Shown in pieces: positions 8,485 to 22,350 of a stretch of 64,000 nucleotides of DNA; positions within the stretch are counted from its first letter, which is position 1; the number at the start of each line of letters is the position of its first letter. Below the pieces are notes generated by a model. The model did not search any database and was not told where the DNA came from. It was given only the letters and a program-made list of their open reading frames with translations. Position numbers and translations under genes: made by a program. The DNA is taken from assembly GCA_022843945.1 (NCBI GenBank), contig JALHMR010000002.1:72073-136072 (forward strand), in the 5' to 3' direction. Origin of the DNA: Rhodospirillaceae bacterium. Lineage in GTDB: Bacteria > Pseudomonadota > Alphaproteobacteria > CACIAM-22H2.

Positions 8485-9275
8485 ATGACCGCCCGCTACT
8501 GGAAAGACCTGACCACCGAGGACTTCTCCGGCCTCGATGCCGCGCGCACCGTAGCCCTCCTGCCGGTCGCGGCGATCGAGCAGCATGGTCCGCATCTGCC
8601 GCTGGGCACGGATGCGGCGATCAACACGGGCGTGCTGGCACGGGCGGTCGAGCTCGCGCCGATGGAGCTGCCGCTGCTCGTGCTGCCGCTGCTTTCTGTC
8701 GGGCTGTCGCCCGAGCATCGTGACTTTCCCGGTACGCTCACCCTGTCGGCGTCGACGCTGCTCAGCGTCGTCACGGAGACGGCCGAGGGCGTGGCGCGCG
8801 CGGGCTTGCGCAAGCTCATCCTGTTCAACAGTCACGGCGGACAGCCGCAGGCGCTGGAGATGGTGGCGCAGGATCTGCGCGCCCGTCACGCCATGGTCGT
8901 GATCGTCGCCAATTCCTGGAAGCTGATGCGGCCGGGTGAATTCTTTCCGCCCGCCGAGCGCGAGGCCGGCATCCATGCCGGCGCCATCGAGACCTCGCTG
9001 CTGCTGCATCTGCAGCCGGGTCTGGTGCGGCGCGACAAGGTCGGCAATTTCACCGCGGCGCCGCGCGGCTACGAACGCGACCATCCCGAGCTGGCGGCCG
9101 GCGGGCGCTTCCACTTCGCCTGGCAGGCGCAGGATCTCAATCCCGCCGGCGCGGTGGGCGATGCGCGGCTGGCCAGCGCCGAAGCCGGGCAGGCGATGGT
9201 CGAGCAGGCCGCGCACGGCCTGGTCGGGCTGGCCGCGGATCTGGCGCGGCTGCCGCTCGATATCCTGAAGCAGCG

Positions 9276-9279
<4 letters not shown>
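8485..9279 (+). CDS. Creatininase-family amidohydrolase
   Basis: The LLPVAAIEQHGPHLPLGTD metal-binding motif is typical of the creatinine amidohydrolase family. Start at the internal Met 8485 (MTARYWKDL). Confidence 0.7.
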
Positions 9280-11822
<2,543 letters not shown>

Positions 11823-11960
11823 GCTCCCCGCCGGTCGGCCTCAGTCTAAGTGAGGCGCTCGCTGGTCACCGTCTGCCACTGGACAGACCGGTTCCGCCGC
11901 CGGAGTCTAGAAAGCCTTGGTTAAGGAACCCTAACCTGCCTGGCAGGCGGAATCCGGCGC

Positions 11961-12470
11961 TCAGTACTGGACGAGCGCCTCGAAGGGCAGGTCGACGCGT
12001 TTGCGTCCGTCGAGGAAGGTCAGCTCGATGATGCAGGCGGCAGCCCGGACGTCACCGCCAGCCTTGCGCAGCAGCGACACCGCCGCCGCCAGGGTACCCC
12101 CGGTGGCGAGCACGTCATCGAGAATGACGACGCGCTGTCCCTTCTTTACGGCGTTGTCCTGGATCTCGATCGTATCGGTACCGTACTCGAGGGAGTAGGT
12201 GTGCGGGATGGTGCCGCCGGGCAGCTTGCCGCGCTTGCGCACCATCATGAAGCCGCAGCCAAGCTCGAGCGCCAGGGGAGCCGTGACCAGGAAGCCGCGC
12301 GATTCGATCCCGGCCAGCATTTCCGGCTTGTAGGGGCGGACGAGATCGGCGAGCTGCTTGATGGTCGCGCGCCACGCGTCCTTGTCGGCCAGCAGCGGCG
12401 AGATATCGCGGAACAGGATTCCCGGCTTCGGGAAATCCTGCACGTCGCGGATGAACGGCTTCAGATCCAT
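11961..12470 (-). CDS. apt: Adenine phosphoribosyltransferase
   Basis: Conserved APRT sequence (FRDISPLL..., PRPP-binding [13 protein letters not shown]). Start at Met 12470 (MDLKPF); upstream residues in the track are read-through. Confidence 0.9.
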   Translation of the reverse strand: MDLKPFIRDVQDFPKPGILFRDISPLLADKDAWRATIKQLADLVRPYKPEMLAGIESRGFLVTAPLALELGCGFMMVRKRGKLPGGTIPHTYSLEYGTDTIEIQDNAVKKGQRVVILDDVLATGGTLAAAVSLLRKAGGDVRAAACIIELTFLDGRKRVDLPFEALVQY

Positions 12471-12575
12471 GAAAATCCCCCAACGGCCGGTCGAATCCGG
12501 CCCACGCCGCAAAATTCGGCCGCAGCCTATCGGGCCGGCGCAGTTGCGCCAAGCCCTGTCATGCCGGCTGACGGC

Positions 12576-12950
12576 TTACTTCAGTGTCAGCAGATATGCG
12601 ATCAGGTTCTCGCGCTCGTCGTCTTTCTTGACGCCGGCGAAGGCCATGATCGTGCCGGGGATGACGCCCTTGGGATCCTTGAGGTAGGGATCGAGGGTCT
12701 GGGCGGACCAGGCGATGTTGGCGTTCTTGTTGGCCGCCGAATAGCGGAAGCCCTCGACCGAGCCTGATGTGCGGCCGACCAGGCCGGCCAGCGTCGGGCC
12801 CAGGCGCTTGGGGCCCTCGGCCGCGGTGATATGACAGGCGGTGCAGTACCGCCGGAAGACCTTTTCGCCCTCGGCGGCGTCGGCGGCCAGTACGGGGGTG
12901 GCCGTCATCGCCAGAAACGTCGCAACCGCTGCAAATCCTGCGCTCTTCAT
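12576..12950 (-). CDS. Class I c-type cytochrome (cytochrome c2/c550-like), periplasmic
   Basis: Signal peptide (MKSAGFAAVATFLAMTATPVLA), the CTACH haem-binding motif, and a distal Met region. Start at Met 12950. Confidence 0.8.
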   Translation of the reverse strand: MKSAGFAAVATFLAMTATPVLAADAAEGEKVFRRYCTACHITAAEGPKRLGPTLAGLVGRTSGSVEGFRYSAANKNANIAWSAQTLDPYLKDPKGVIPGTIMAFAGVKKDDERENLIAYLLTLK

Positions 12951-13032
12951 TGTCTCTCTCTCCCAATCACCTGCGCGTCGATATAAGCGATAACGCGCCA
13001 CTGTCAACCTTGCTTCCCCGAAAACGGCTTCC

Positions 13033-14418
13033 CTACACGGACGGCCGCGAAAACGGCCGTGCTGCCTCGAAGGCGCGCGCCGCCCGCAGGACCGTGGCGT
13101 CGTCATGCCAGCGGCCGACCAGATGCAGGCCGATGGGCAGGCCCGCCTTGGTCAGGCCGCAGGGCACGCTCGCCGCCGGCTGGCGGCTCATGTTGAAGGG
13201 GTAGCTGAACGGTGTCCAATCGATCCAGTGCTCCTGGTTGTGCGGATCGCTGAGGTCGTAGCCGACCGGCAGGGCGGGCACCGCGACCGTGGGCGTGAGG
13301 AGCAGGTCATAGCGCCGGTGGAAGGCGACCATGGTCTGGATCAAATCGTTGCGGACCGCGTCGGCCGCGTACCAGTCGACGGCGCTCTTGGTGGCGCCGA
13401 AGCGCGCCGAGGCGACGAGACCGGGATCGATCTTGGTCTGCTGCTCGGGCGTGAACGCGGAAAGGACCTTCGCGGCGCCGCTCGTCCACAGCACCTTGAA
13501 GGCTTCGCGCGGGTTGGGGAAGCCGGGATCGACCGTGTCGACGATGGCGCCGAGCTCGCCGAAGACCTGCGCCGCGCGATCGAGCGAAGCGCGTACCTCC
13601 GGGTCGACCTTGGCGTAGCCCAGCGTCGGACTGTAGGCGATGCGCAGGCCCTTGATCCCGGTATCGAGGCCGGCGCTGACGCTCGGCTGATTGGGAGCGG
13701 CCCATGGGTCGCGCTCGTCATAGCCCGACAGCACGTCGAGCATCAGAGCCGTGTCCGCCACCGTGCGCGTCATCGGGCCGACATGGGCGACGATGCCGAA
13801 GGCGCTGGGCGGATAGGCCGGCACGCGGCCGAAGGTCGGCTTGATGCCGACGATGCCGGAGAAGGCGCACGGGATGCGGATCGAGCCGCCGCCATCGGTG
13901 CCCACGGCGAGCGGGCCCATGCCGGCGGCGACCTGCGCGGCGGCGCCGGCGCTGCTGCCGCCCGGCGTGTGCTCTGTATTCCAGGGGTTGCGCGTGATGC
14001 CGGTGAGCGGCGAATCGCCCAGCGCCTTCCAGCCGAATTCGGGCGTCGTCGTCTTGCCGAGGATGACGGCATTGGCCTCGCGCAGCCGGGCGGTGGCCGG
14101 CGCGTCCTCGGTCCAGGCCTGGTTCGGATCGACGAGCTTCGAGCCACGCAGGGTCGGCCAGCCCTTGGTCAGCAGGATGTCCTTGATCGACGCCGGCACG
14201 CCGTCGAGCGCGCCGGCCGGCGCGCCCTTGCTCCAGCGCGCTTCGGAAGCCTTGGCCGAAGCGAGCGCGCCGTCGGAGTCGATCAGGTTGAAGGCGTTGA
14301 GCTTCGGATTGAGCTCTTGGATACGCTCCAGTACGGCGCTCGTCGCCTCGACCGGCGACAGCGCCTTCTTGCGGTAAGCCGCGAGCAGCTCCGTGGCGGA
14401 CAGGTCAGCCGGGTTCAC
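13033..14418 (-). CDS. Amidase (amidase-signature family; GatA-like)
   Basis: GGSSGG amidase-signature stretch (TPGGSSAGAAAQV) and the catalytic Ser-cisSer-Lys context. The likely start is the GTG at 14418, which overlaps the upstream gene's stop by 14 bp. The track's longer ATG start would overlap the upstream gene by 143 bp. Confidence 0.85.
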   Translation of the reverse strand: MNPADLSATELLAAYRKKALSPVEATSAVLERIQELNPKLNAFNLIDSDGALASAKASEARWSKGAPAGALDGVPASIKDILLTKGWPTLRGSKLVDPNQAWTEDAPATARLREANAVILGKTTTPEFGWKALGDSPLTGITRNPWNTEHTPGGSSAGAAAQVAAGMGPLAVGTDGGGSIRIPCAFSGIVGIKPTFGRVPAYPPSAFGIVAHVGPMTRTVADTALMLDVLSGYDERDPWAAPNQPSVSAGLDTGIKGLRIAYSPTLGYAKVDPEVRASLDRAAQVFGELGAIVDTVDPGFPNPREAFKVLWTSGAAKVLSAFTPEQQTKIDPGLVASARFGATKSAVDWYAADAVRNDLIQTMVAFHRRYDLLLTPTVAVPALPVGYDLSDPHNQEHWIDWTPFSYPFNMSRQPAASVPCGLTKAGLPIGLHLVGRWHDDATVLRAARAFEAARPFSRPSV

Positions 14419-15553
14419 GCGTGGTCTCGAGCCATTTCCCGGCGATGACCATGCCCGCCGGAAACAGGCGCTGCTCGCCGCGGAAGGTTTCACCGACCAC
14501 GTCGACGTAGTCGTAGGCGCCCTTTTCGAGGGACAGCACCGAGACATCGCCGATCCCGCCGGCTTTCAGGCTGCCCAGCTCCGGCCGGCGCAGGGCCGCG
14601 GCCGGGGCGGCGGTCGACGCCTTGATCACGGCTTCGAGGCTCATGCCCAAACAAAGCATCTTGGACATCGTGACCAGTTGGTCGAAGGCCGGCCCGTTGA
14701 TGCTCAGCTCGTGGGCGTCGCTGGAGATGACATCGGGCTCGAAGCCGGCGGCCAGGGCTGCGCGCGCCGTGCGGAAGCCGAACGAGCCGCCGCCATGGCC
14801 GATGTCGAAGATGATGCCGCGCTCGCGCGCCTCCAGGACCTCTTCGCGCAGGCTGCCGTCGCCCATCGCCGGCCCGCCGGGAAAGGGCCGGAAGCAGTGG
14901 GTCAGGACGTCGCCGCGGCGCAGGCGGGTCAGCACCTCGCGGCTCGACGGCGGCGGCCGGTCGAGATGGGCCATGATCGGCACGCCGAGCTCGTCGGCGG
15001 CGGCGAGCGCGATGTCCATCGCCGCGATGCCGGTGCCGAAGCTGGCGACGCCGCCGACCCGCACCTTGATCCCGACGATCAGGTCCATGTGCTGGCGCGC
15101 GACGCGCACGCATTCGACCGGATCGACGAGGCGGATGTCGCTGTTCTCGCCGACCATCACCGCCTTGGCGAAGGCGAAGATGCCAGCGAAAGAGATGTTG
15201 ATGTAGGGCAGGATGCGGACCGGCGAGGGCTCGATGATGTGCTTGCGGAAGCCCGGGAAGTTGCCGGGTCCCGCGCTGCCGGCATCGACCAAAGTCGTAC
15301 AGGCGCTGCGCCTGGCCAGCATCTCCGGATCGACGCCGAGCGATGTGCCGCCCCAGTAGACATGGGTGTGCAGGTCGATCAGGCCGGGGGTGACGAGCTT
15401 GCCGGTGACGTCACGGGTAGCGCGCGCCTGGCGGGCCAGGTCGGGGCCGATGGCGGCGACCTTGCCGCCGGCAAAGGCGACATCGGCACGGGTATCGAGC
15501 TTCTGGGCCGGGTCGAGGACGCGCCCCCCGGTCAGGACGAGATCATAAGTCAT
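14405..15553 (-). CDS. Amidohydrolase-superfamily metal-dependent hydrolase (dihydroorotase/deacylase-like)
   Basis: N-terminal LIDLHTHV metal-binding HxH motif and an overall amidohydrolase fold. Translationally coupled to the amidase gene. Confidence 0.75.
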   Translation of the reverse strand: MTYDLVLTGGRVLDPAQKLDTRADVAFAGGKVAAIGPDLARQARATRDVTGKLVTPGLIDLHTHVYWGGTSLGVDPEMLARRSACTTLVDAGSAGPGNFPGFRKHIIEPSPVRILPYINISFAGIFAFAKAVMVGENSDIRLVDPVECVRVARQHMDLIVGIKVRVGGVASFGTGIAAMDIALAAADELGVPIMAHLDRPPPSSREVLTRLRRGDVLTHCFRPFPGGPAMGDGSLREEVLEARERGIIFDIGHGGGSFGFRTARAALAAGFEPDVISSDAHELSINGPAFDQLVTMSKMLCLGMSLEAVIKASTAAPAAALRRPELGSLKAGGIGDVSVLSLEKGAYDYVDVVGETFRGEQRLFPAGMVIAGKWLETTREPG

Positions 15554-15936
15554 GGTGGCGCACTATCGGGCAGAGCGCCCCGCGCGACAAGTCAGGGAAG
15601 ATAAAGGCCGGTCTGAAAAGAGCTGCGGGCCCATCGCCTTCGCGATGGGCCCGCGCGCGCCGGCCTTCCCCCCCGGGAGGCGGCGCTAGTCTCAAACCGG
15701 CCGGGAGGATGGCAGGATGCCCCGGCCCGTGCAATCGTTTGCGGCGCCCGCCGTGCACGGAGCCGGAGCACTGTTGCAAAATGGCAGCGCCTTGCCGGGT
15801 GCCCCGGGTTATGCCTCAATGTTAAGCATACCCGCGTCATCGGGGAGGCGATGACCGTGTGGCATAAGATTCGCAGACCGTGATCTGCAGGGCTGGGTCG
15901 TATCCGCGCGAAAATCGCGCTCAGGGAGGTTATCCG

Positions 15937-17532
15937 ATGAAGCTTTCGTTCTCGTCCGTGCTCAAGGCCTCGGCGCTGGTCGCCGCGGCCGTCTTGCTGG
16001 CGCCGTCCGACGCCACCGCCCAATCCGGCGGCAAGACGCTGCGCTTTATCCCGCAATCGGATCTGCGGGTGCTTGATCCGATCTGGACCACCGGCTACGT
16101 GGTGCGCAACCACGCTTACATGATCTACGACGTGCTCTTCGCCGTGGATGCGGACTTCAACGTCAAGCCGCAGATGGCCGAAGGCTATACGCTGAGCGAC
16201 GACAAGCTCACCTACACCATCACGCTGCGCGACGGCCTCAAGTGGCATGACGGCGCGCCGGTGACGTCGGCCGATGCGATCGCCTCGCTCGAGCGCTGGA
16301 GCAAGAAGGACCCGTTCGGCGGCACGCTGTACCAGAACGTCGCCTCGGTGGAGAAGGTCAACGACAAGTCCTTCAAGATCGTCCTGCGCAAGCCGTTCCC
16401 GCTGATCATGGACGCGCTGGCCAAGCCGTCGTCGAACGTGCCCTTCATCATGCCGGAGCGCGTCGCCAAGACCGACGCCAACGAGCAGATCAAGGAGACC
16501 ATCGGCTCCGGCCCGTTCCGCTTCGTGGCCGGCGAATGGGTACCCGGCGTCAAGGCGGTCTATGCCAAGAACACCGACTACGTGCCGCGCAAGGAGCCGC
16601 CGTCCTGGGGCTCGGGCGGCAAGGTGGTCAAGGTCGACCGCGTCGAGTGGGTAACCATCCCCGACACGGCGACGGCCGCCGCGGCGCTGGCTGCCGGCGA
16701 GGTCGACTGGTGGGAGCAGCCCCCCGGCGATCTCGTGCCGCTGCTGTCGCGCAACCGCGACATCAAGGTCGAGAACATCGATCCGCTGGGATCGATCGGT
16801 ATCGTGCGCTTCAACCACCTGCACCCGCCGTTCAACAATCCCAAGATGCGGCAGGCGCTGTTGCACGTCATCAACCAGCGCGACTACCTGCTGGGCATTG
16901 CCGGCGACGAGAAGAACGGCAAGCCCTGCATGTCGTTCTTCACCTGCGGCACGCCGATGGCGAGCACCGTCGGCAGCGAGGTGATGAGCGCTGCGCGCAG
17001 CCTCGACAAGGGTAAGGCGCTGGTCGCCGAGTCCGGCTACAAGGGCGAGAAGGTGGTGGTGCTTTCGGCCACCGACCAGCCGATCGTCCATGCCCAGGCG
17101 CTGCTGACCACCGACGCGCTGAAGAAGATCGGCGTCAACGCCGAGGTCGCGGTCAGCGACTGGGGCACGCTGCTCAACCGCCGCGCCAACAAGGAAACCA
17201 ACGACAAGGGCGGGTGGAACATCTTCCACACCTGGTGGGTGGGCACCGACCTGGCCAACCCGGCCGTCAACGCGCCAATGCGCGGTAACGGCGAGCGCGG
17301 CTGGTTCGGCTGGTCCAACGACGAGGAGCTGGAGAAGCTGCGCACTGCCTGGTTCGATGCGCCCGACGTCGCGGCCCAGAAGAAGATCGCCGAGGACATC
17401 CAGAAGCGCGGCTGGGAAGTAGTGCCGTTCATTCCGACGGCACAGTTCATCCTGCCGACGGCGTTCCGCCGGAACATCGAGGGCGTGATCATCGCCCCCG
17501 TTACCTTCCTCTGGAACGTTGAGAAGAAGTAA
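15937..17532 (+). CDS. ABC transporter substrate-binding protein, family 5 (peptide/nickel/opine type)
   Basis: Signal peptide (MKLSFSSVLKASALVAAAVLLAPSDATA) and the SBP_bac_5 fold. A GGGAGG RBS lies 6 nt upstream of ATG 15937. Confidence 0.9.
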   Translation: MKLSFSSVLKASALVAAAVLLAPSDATAQSGGKTLRFIPQSDLRVLDPIWTTGYVVRNHAYMIYDVLFAVDADFNVKPQMAEGYTLSDDKLTYTITLRDGLKWHDGAPVTSADAIASLERWSKKDPFGGTLYQNVASVEKVNDKSFKIVLRKPFPLIMDALAKPSSNVPFIMPERVAKTDANEQIKETIGSGPFRFVAGEWVPGVKAVYAKNTDYVPRKEPPSWGSGGKVVKVDRVEWVTIPDTATAAAALAAGEVDWWEQPPGDLVPLLSRNRDIKVENIDPLGSIGIVRFNHLHPPFNNPKMRQALLHVINQRDYLLGIAGDEKNGKPCMSFFTCGTPMASTVGSEVMSAARSLDKGKALVAESGYKGEKVVVLSATDQPIVHAQALLTTDALKKIGVNAEVAVSDWGTLLNRRANKETNDKGGWNIFHTWWVGTDLANPAVNAPMRGNGERGWFGWSNDEELEKLRTAWFDAPDVAAQKKIAEDIQKRGWEVVPFIPTAQFILPTAFRRNIEGVIIAPVTFLWNVEKK

Positions 17533-17586
17533 TCGCGGGTATAGCCCCTTACCCGCCGACTAGCGGGTGAGGGGCCTTCAACAGAC

Positions 17587-18528
17587 GTGTTCGCCTACAT
17601 CGTTCGACGACTGCTGGCGACCATCCCCGTCATGGGGGTGGTTGCGCTCTTCGTCTTCTCGCTGCTCTATCTGACGCCCGGGGACCCGGCCGTCATCATC
17701 GCCGGCGACTTCGCCACCGGCGACGACGTCGCGCGCATCCGCGCCAAGCTCGGCCTTGACCGCCCGTTCGGCGTGCGTTTCGGCGAATGGGCGTGGGCCA
17801 TCCTGCGCGGGGATCTTGGGATCTCGATCTTCACCAACCTGCCGGTGACCACGCTGATCGGCCAGCGCGTCGAGCCGACCGTGGCGTTGACCTTGTCGAC
17901 GTTGCTGGTCGCCGTGGTGCTCGCCGTGCCGATGGGCGTGCTGGCGGCGTGGAAGGCGGGGCGCTGGCTCGACCGGCTGGTCATGGGCTTCGCGGTGCTG
18001 GGATTTTCCGTGCCGATTTTCGTGCTGGCGTATCTGCTGATCTTCTTCTTCTCGATCTATCTCGAGTGGCTGCCGGTCCAGGGCTACACCAGCATCAGCC
18101 AGGGCTTCTGGCCGTTCCTCGAACGCCTGATCCTGCCCAGCGTGGCGCTCGGCGTGACCTACATCGCGCTCATCGCCCGCATCACCCGGGCCTCGATGCT
18201 CGAGGTCCTGTCCCAGGACTACATCCGCACCGCCGAGGCCAAGGGCCTCGCGGCCGACAAGGTCCTGGTCGGCCACGCGCTCAAGAATGCCGCCGTGCCG
18301 ATCATCACCATCATCGGCATCGGCATCGCGCTGCTCATCTCCGGCGTCGTCGTCACCGAGACGGTATTCGCCATTCCCGGCATCGGTCGGCTGGTGGTCG
18401 ACGCCATCCTGCGCCGCGACTACCCGATCATCCAGGGCGTGATCCTGATCTTCTCGGCCGTCTACGTGCTGATCAACCTCGCGGTCGACATCAGCTACAC
18501 CTTCCTCGACCCGCGGATCCGCTACTGA
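17587..18528 (+). CDS. ABC transporter permease (DppB/OppB-like)
   Basis: BPD_transp_1 permease with the EAA-like loop. GTG start at 17587. Confidence 0.9.
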   Translation: MFAYIVRRLLATIPVMGVVALFVFSLLYLTPGDPAVIIAGDFATGDDVARIRAKLGLDRPFGVRFGEWAWAILRGDLGISIFTNLPVTTLIGQRVEPTVALTLSTLLVAVVLAVPMGVLAAWKAGRWLDRLVMGFAVLGFSVPIFVLAYLLIFFFSIYLEWLPVQGYTSISQGFWPFLERLILPSVALGVTYIALIARITRASMLEVLSQDYIRTAEAKGLAADKVLVGHALKNAAVPIITIIGIGIALLISGVVVTETVFAIPGIGRLVVDAILRRDYPIIQGVILIFSAVYVLINLAVDISYTFLDPRIRY

Positions 18529-19409
18529 TGGCGACCGTCCCTTCCGCCGCCCCGCTTGATATCGCCACTCCGCCCCGTGGCATGGTCCGCGACGCGCTGC
18601 GTCGCCACCCGACGATGATCGTCGGCATCATCCTCCTCGTCGCCATGGTGCTGATGGCGGTCTTCGCCCCCTATCTCTGGACGATCGATCCGCAGGACCT
18701 GTCGCCGGTCCGGCGCCTGCGCCAGCCTTCCGAACTCTACTGGTTCGGCACCGACATGCTGGGCCGCGACGTCTACAGCCGCACCGTCTACGGGGCGCGT
18801 ATCTCCCTGATCGTCGGCATCGCGGTCGCGGTGCTGAGCGTCGGCATCGGCCTGTTCTTCGGCCTGATCACCGGCTACGTGCGCCTGGCCGACACGCTGA
18901 TCATGCGGGTGATGGACGGCTTGATGTCTATCCCGCCGATCCTGCTAGCCATCGCGCTCATGGCGCTGACCAAGGCCAGCCTGGAGAACGTGATCATCGC
19001 CATCACTATCGCCGAGGTGCCGCGCGTCGCGCGCCTGGTGCGCAGCGTGGTGCTGTCCTTGCGCGAGCAGCCCTTCGTCGAGGCGGCGGTCGCCTCGGGC
19101 ACGCGCTTCCACCGCATCCTGCTGCGCCACATTTTACCGAACACGGTCGCTCCGTTGCTCGTTCAAGGCACCTATATCTGTGCCTCGGCGATGATCACCG
19201 AGGCGATCCTCAGCTTCATCGGCGCCGGCACGCCGCCGACCATCCCGAGCTGGGGCAACATCATGGCCGAGGGGCGGAGCCTGTTCCAGATCGCCTGGTA
19301 CATCATCCTGTTCCCCGGGATCTTCCTCTCGGTCGCCGTGCTGGCGGTCAACCTGGTCGGCGACGGGCTGCGCGACGCCCTCGACCCGCGTCTCGCCCGG
19401 CGCATGTAG
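18528..19409 (+). CDS. ABC transporter permease (DppC/OppC-like)
   Basis: Permease fold. Its ATG overlaps the upstream TGA (ATGA overlap at 18526-18530). Confidence 0.9.
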   Translation: MATVPSAAPLDIATPPRGMVRDALRRHPTMIVGIILLVAMVLMAVFAPYLWTIDPQDLSPVRRLRQPSELYWFGTDMLGRDVYSRTVYGARISLIVGIAVAVLSVGIGLFFGLITGYVRLADTLIMRVMDGLMSIPPILLAIALMALTKASLENVIIAITIAEVPRVARLVRSVVLSLREQPFVEAAVASGTRFHRILLRHILPNTVAPLLVQGTYICASAMITEAILSFIGAGTPPTIPSWGNIMAEGRSLFQIAWYIILFPGIFLSVAVLAVNLVGDGLRDALDPRLARRM

Positions 19410-19411
19410 CC

Positions 19412-20397
<986 letters not shown>

Positions 20398-20401
<4 letters not shown>

Positions 20402-21402
20402 GCGTGCCCCTCCTTCAGGTCGCCGACCTCAAGAAGCATTTCCCGGTGCGCAAGGGCCTCCTGTCACGCACCGTGGGGCAGGTCTATGCGGTCGACGGCA
20501 TCACCTTCTCCCTCGACAAGGGAGAGACGCTCGGCCTGGTCGGCGAATCCGGCTGCGGCAAGTCGACGGCCGGCAAGACCATCCTGCGCCTGATCGAGCC
20601 GACCTCGGGCACCATCCGGGTCAACGGCGAGCGGATCGACGCGCTGAGCCGCGGCGCCATGCGGCCGTGGCGGCGCGAGCTGCAGGTCGTCTTCCAAGAC
20701 CCGTATTCCTCGCTCAATCCGCGCATGAATGCCGGCGATATCGTGGCCGAGCCGCTGGTCAATTACGGCCTCGCTTCCGGCCAGGCGCTCAAGGACAGGG
20801 TGTCCGGCCTGTTCGCCAAGGTCGGCCTGCGGCCGGAGCAGATGCAGCGCTACCCGCACGAATTCTCCGGCGGCCAGCGCCAGCGCATCGGCATCGCCCG
20901 GGCGCTGGCCCTCAATCCCGGCCTGATCGTCTGCGACGAGCCGGTCTCCGCATTGGACGTCTCGGTGCAGGCGCAGGTGATCAACCTGCTGATGGACCTG
21001 CAGGGCGAGTTCGGCCTGTCCTACCTGTTCATCGCCCACGACCTGGCGGTGGTCGAGCACATCAGCCACCGCATCGCGGTCATGTATCTGGGCAAGATCG
21101 TCGAGCTCACCGACAAGCGCTCGCTCTTCGCCAGCCCGCAGCATCCCTATACCGAGGCGCTGCTCTCGGCCGTGCCGGTGCCCGACCCCAAGGCAAGGCG
21201 CAAGCGCATCATCCTGTCGGGCGACGTGCCCAGCCCGATCAATCCGCCGCCCGGCTGCCGCTTCCACACCCGCTGTCCCTATGCCGAGGCGCGCTGCAAG
21301 GTCGAGGAGCCGGCGATGCGCGAGGTGCGACCCGGGCATTTCGTCGCCTGTCACCTGCGCAAGGTCGACGAGACGGCCTTCGCCACCATCGCGCGCGCCT
21401 GA
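20398..21402 (+). CDS. ABC transporter ATP-binding protein (DppF/OppF-like)
   Basis: Walker A (GESGCGKST), LSGGQRQR and ILVCDEP. ATGA overlap with the upstream gene at 20398-20401. Confidence 0.9.
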
Positions 21403-21414
21403 CGCTCCCGCACC

Positions 21415-21440
21415 CCCGCGATATGACATCGCGCTTTTGG
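21415..21440 (+). terminator. Putative intrinsic terminator after the ABC operon
   Basis: Inverted repeat CGCGAT-atgac-ATCGCG (21417-21433) followed by CTTTTGG. Confidence 0.35.
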
Positions 21441-21497
21441 TGTCCCGGTACGAACCGTTTTTCAGAACCCATGTTATGACGGGGGCGGCGGTCGGGT

Positions 21498-21923
21498 TTG
21501 GGGTTCTGGTTCCTGGGGGTCTACGTGTTCCTGCTCCAGCAGATCGTGGCGCTGCCATCGGTCAGCCATCCGGTCGTCGTCTTCGGGCTCTATGGCGTGG
21601 GCGCCATCGCCGGCGCGGTCATCGGCAGTGCCATCAGCCCGCGGCTGCAGCAGCTTGCCGTCCGTGTCGCGCCGGTAAGCCAGGGCTTCAGCGTGGCGCT
21701 GGGCGTGCTGCTGGCCTCCGCGCTCCTCTCCGCCATCGGCTGGAGCTACCTGTGGAACGCGCCGGTGGCCGGCCTCTGCGTGCTCGGCAGCTACGTGGTC
21801 TGCGGCCTGGTCTATCGCACGCAGCGCTGGCCGTTCGGCAACGCGGTGATGGACGGGGTGTTCTGCGGCTTCCTGCTCTCGCTGGTCGGCGTCGCGCTCG
21901 GACTCGATCCCGCCGTCATCTAG
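21498..21923 (+). CDS. Small polytopic membrane protein, paralog 1; prepilin-peptidase (A24)-like but lacking the Asp pair
   Basis: Hydrophobic, GC3-rich frame. Clear paralogy to the next gene (GWSYLWNAPVAGL...GNAVMDGVFCGFLLSLVGV versus GWGLWWNLPLSIL...GDAVAMGLLAGFMPAFVGL). Confidence 0.5.
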   Translation: MGFWFLGVYVFLLQQIVALPSVSHPVVVFGLYGVGAIAGAVIGSAISPRLQQLAVRVAPVSQGFSVALGVLLASALLSAIGWSYLWNAPVAGLCVLGSYVVCGLVYRTQRWPFGNAVMDGVFCGFLLSLVGVALGLDPAVI

Positions 21924-21942
21924 CGCGCCGCGGCAGCACCCC

Positions 21943-22350
21943 ATGTTCCTGCTGCTGGATCTCCTGGCGCTCCAGCCTTTCTGCCCGTCCTTCGCGGTCG
22001 GCTTCCTCTATGTCGTCGGCGGCGTGGCCGGCGTGTTTGCCGGCGACACGCTTCATGTGCGCTGGAAGGAGCTGGGCGAGGAGCGCGCCATCACCCTGAT
22101 GACCGATGTCGAGCTGGCGCTGCTCATCCTGGTATCCACCGCGGTCTTCTCCGCCCTCGGCTGGGGCCTGTGGTGGAACCTGCCGCTCAGCATCCTGATC
22201 GGCGCGGTGTTCTACATCTTGGGCGGGGTGTGCTTCTGCAAGCCGACCGACCTGCGCCCCGGCGATGCGGTCGCCATGGGCCTGCTCGCCGGTTTCATGC
22301 CGGCCTTCGTCGGGCTCGGCTATCGCTATCTTGAAGCCGGGATCAGCTAG
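21943..22350 (+). CDS. Small polytopic membrane protein, paralog 2; prepilin-peptidase (A24/CpaA)-like with both candidate Asp residues
   Basis: AGDTLHVR near the first transmembrane helix and LRPGDAVAMGLLAGF near the C-terminus resemble the two Asp motifs of type IV prepilin peptidases. The resemblance is recalled from memory and should be treated as a hypothesis. Confidence 0.5.
   Translation: MFLLLDLLALQPFCPSFAVGFLYVVGGVAGVFAGDTLHVRWKELGEERAITLMTDVELALLILVSTAVFSALGWGLWWNLPLSILIGAVFYILGGVCFCKPTDLRPGDAVAMGLLAGFMPAFVGLGYRYLEAGIS

Noticed and set aside
13036-13062. Hairpin ACGGCCG-cgaaaa-CGGCCGT near the amidase 3' end, considered as a terminator
   Set aside because: It lies inside the amidase coding sequence (it encodes ...RPFSRP...), upstream of the stop at 13033-13035.
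15760-15785. Sigma-54-like TGGCAG-cgcc-TTGC motif upstream of the ABC substrate-binding gene
   Set aside because: The GG-to-GC spacing is one nucleotide shorter than the strict -24/-12 consensus (TGGCACG-N4-TTGC), and the motif lies about 160 bp from the start codon. Probably chance in GC-rich DNA.
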